NCBI RefSeq assembly: GCF_006345805.1
Contig: NC_043004.1
Span: 47,678,001 to 47,742,000 of the forward strand
Direction: 5' to 3'
Source of the DNA: Octopus sinensis
Taxonomy: Eukaryota
Length of the DNA: 64,000 nt
The number at the start of each line of letters is the position of its first letter. Position 1 is the stretch's first letter. A program made the position numbers and the translations under genes. The notes under the pieces were generated by a model. The model saw only the letters and a program-made list of their open reading frames with translations. It made no database searches and was not told the DNA's origin. Positions 63,750 to 64,000 of this stretch are shown here, piece after piece.

Positions 63750-64000
63750 TGCGTGTGTGTGTGTTAGTATGTGATTATCCTGAAATAAAAGAATAATATA
63801 TGCGCCATGGAATTAATTCAACTAGAAAAGCAAACTGCCACAAGACTTTGTTAGAGATGGAAGGTTTCTGTATTTCAAGAATGTTTAAAATTTTTTGGGT
63901 TCATATTCCTATACATTGGACAGCCTTCTCGATATTGCAGAAACCAGTCGTTAGTTTAGCTATACGTGTCTAAAACTTCAAAATGAAATTTGTCGCAAAT

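Overview
AT-rich, repeat-dense eukaryotic DNA with no recognisable conserved host gene. The mix of tRNA-derived SINEs, Dong/R4 LINEs and very abundant (TA)n/(TAA)n/(GATA)n/(GT)n microsatellites suggests a cephalopod, probably Octopus (inference from repeat content). Most ORF-track entries are microsatellite translations. Protein-coding remnants are all from mobile elements: three Dong/R4-type RLE non-LTR retrotransposons (1-2.9 kb, 5.0-6.5 kb), a young 5'-truncated Penelope-like element (Naiad-type GIY-YIG, 33.3-36.9 kb) with an inverted pseudo-LTR, a degenerate L1/Tx1 LINE (44.8-47.9 kb, plus a fragment at 17.8 kb) and a decayed Chapaev3-like transposase (56.6-57.8 kb). Non-autonomous Helitrons, many SINEs and a (TAA)n-anchored non-autonomous retroposon are also present. 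The main hidden signal is RNA-structural. At least six different repeat families in or beside (TA)n tracts carry type I hammerhead ribozyme folds. Two families have 60-70 nt extended stem II arms, and one ~200 bp repeat has a G3-C8 swapped catalytic core. There is also a perfect 59-bp-arm palindrome and a tentative two-exon 113-aa orphan gene. All folds and alignments were done by eye and none is experimentally or computationally verified.
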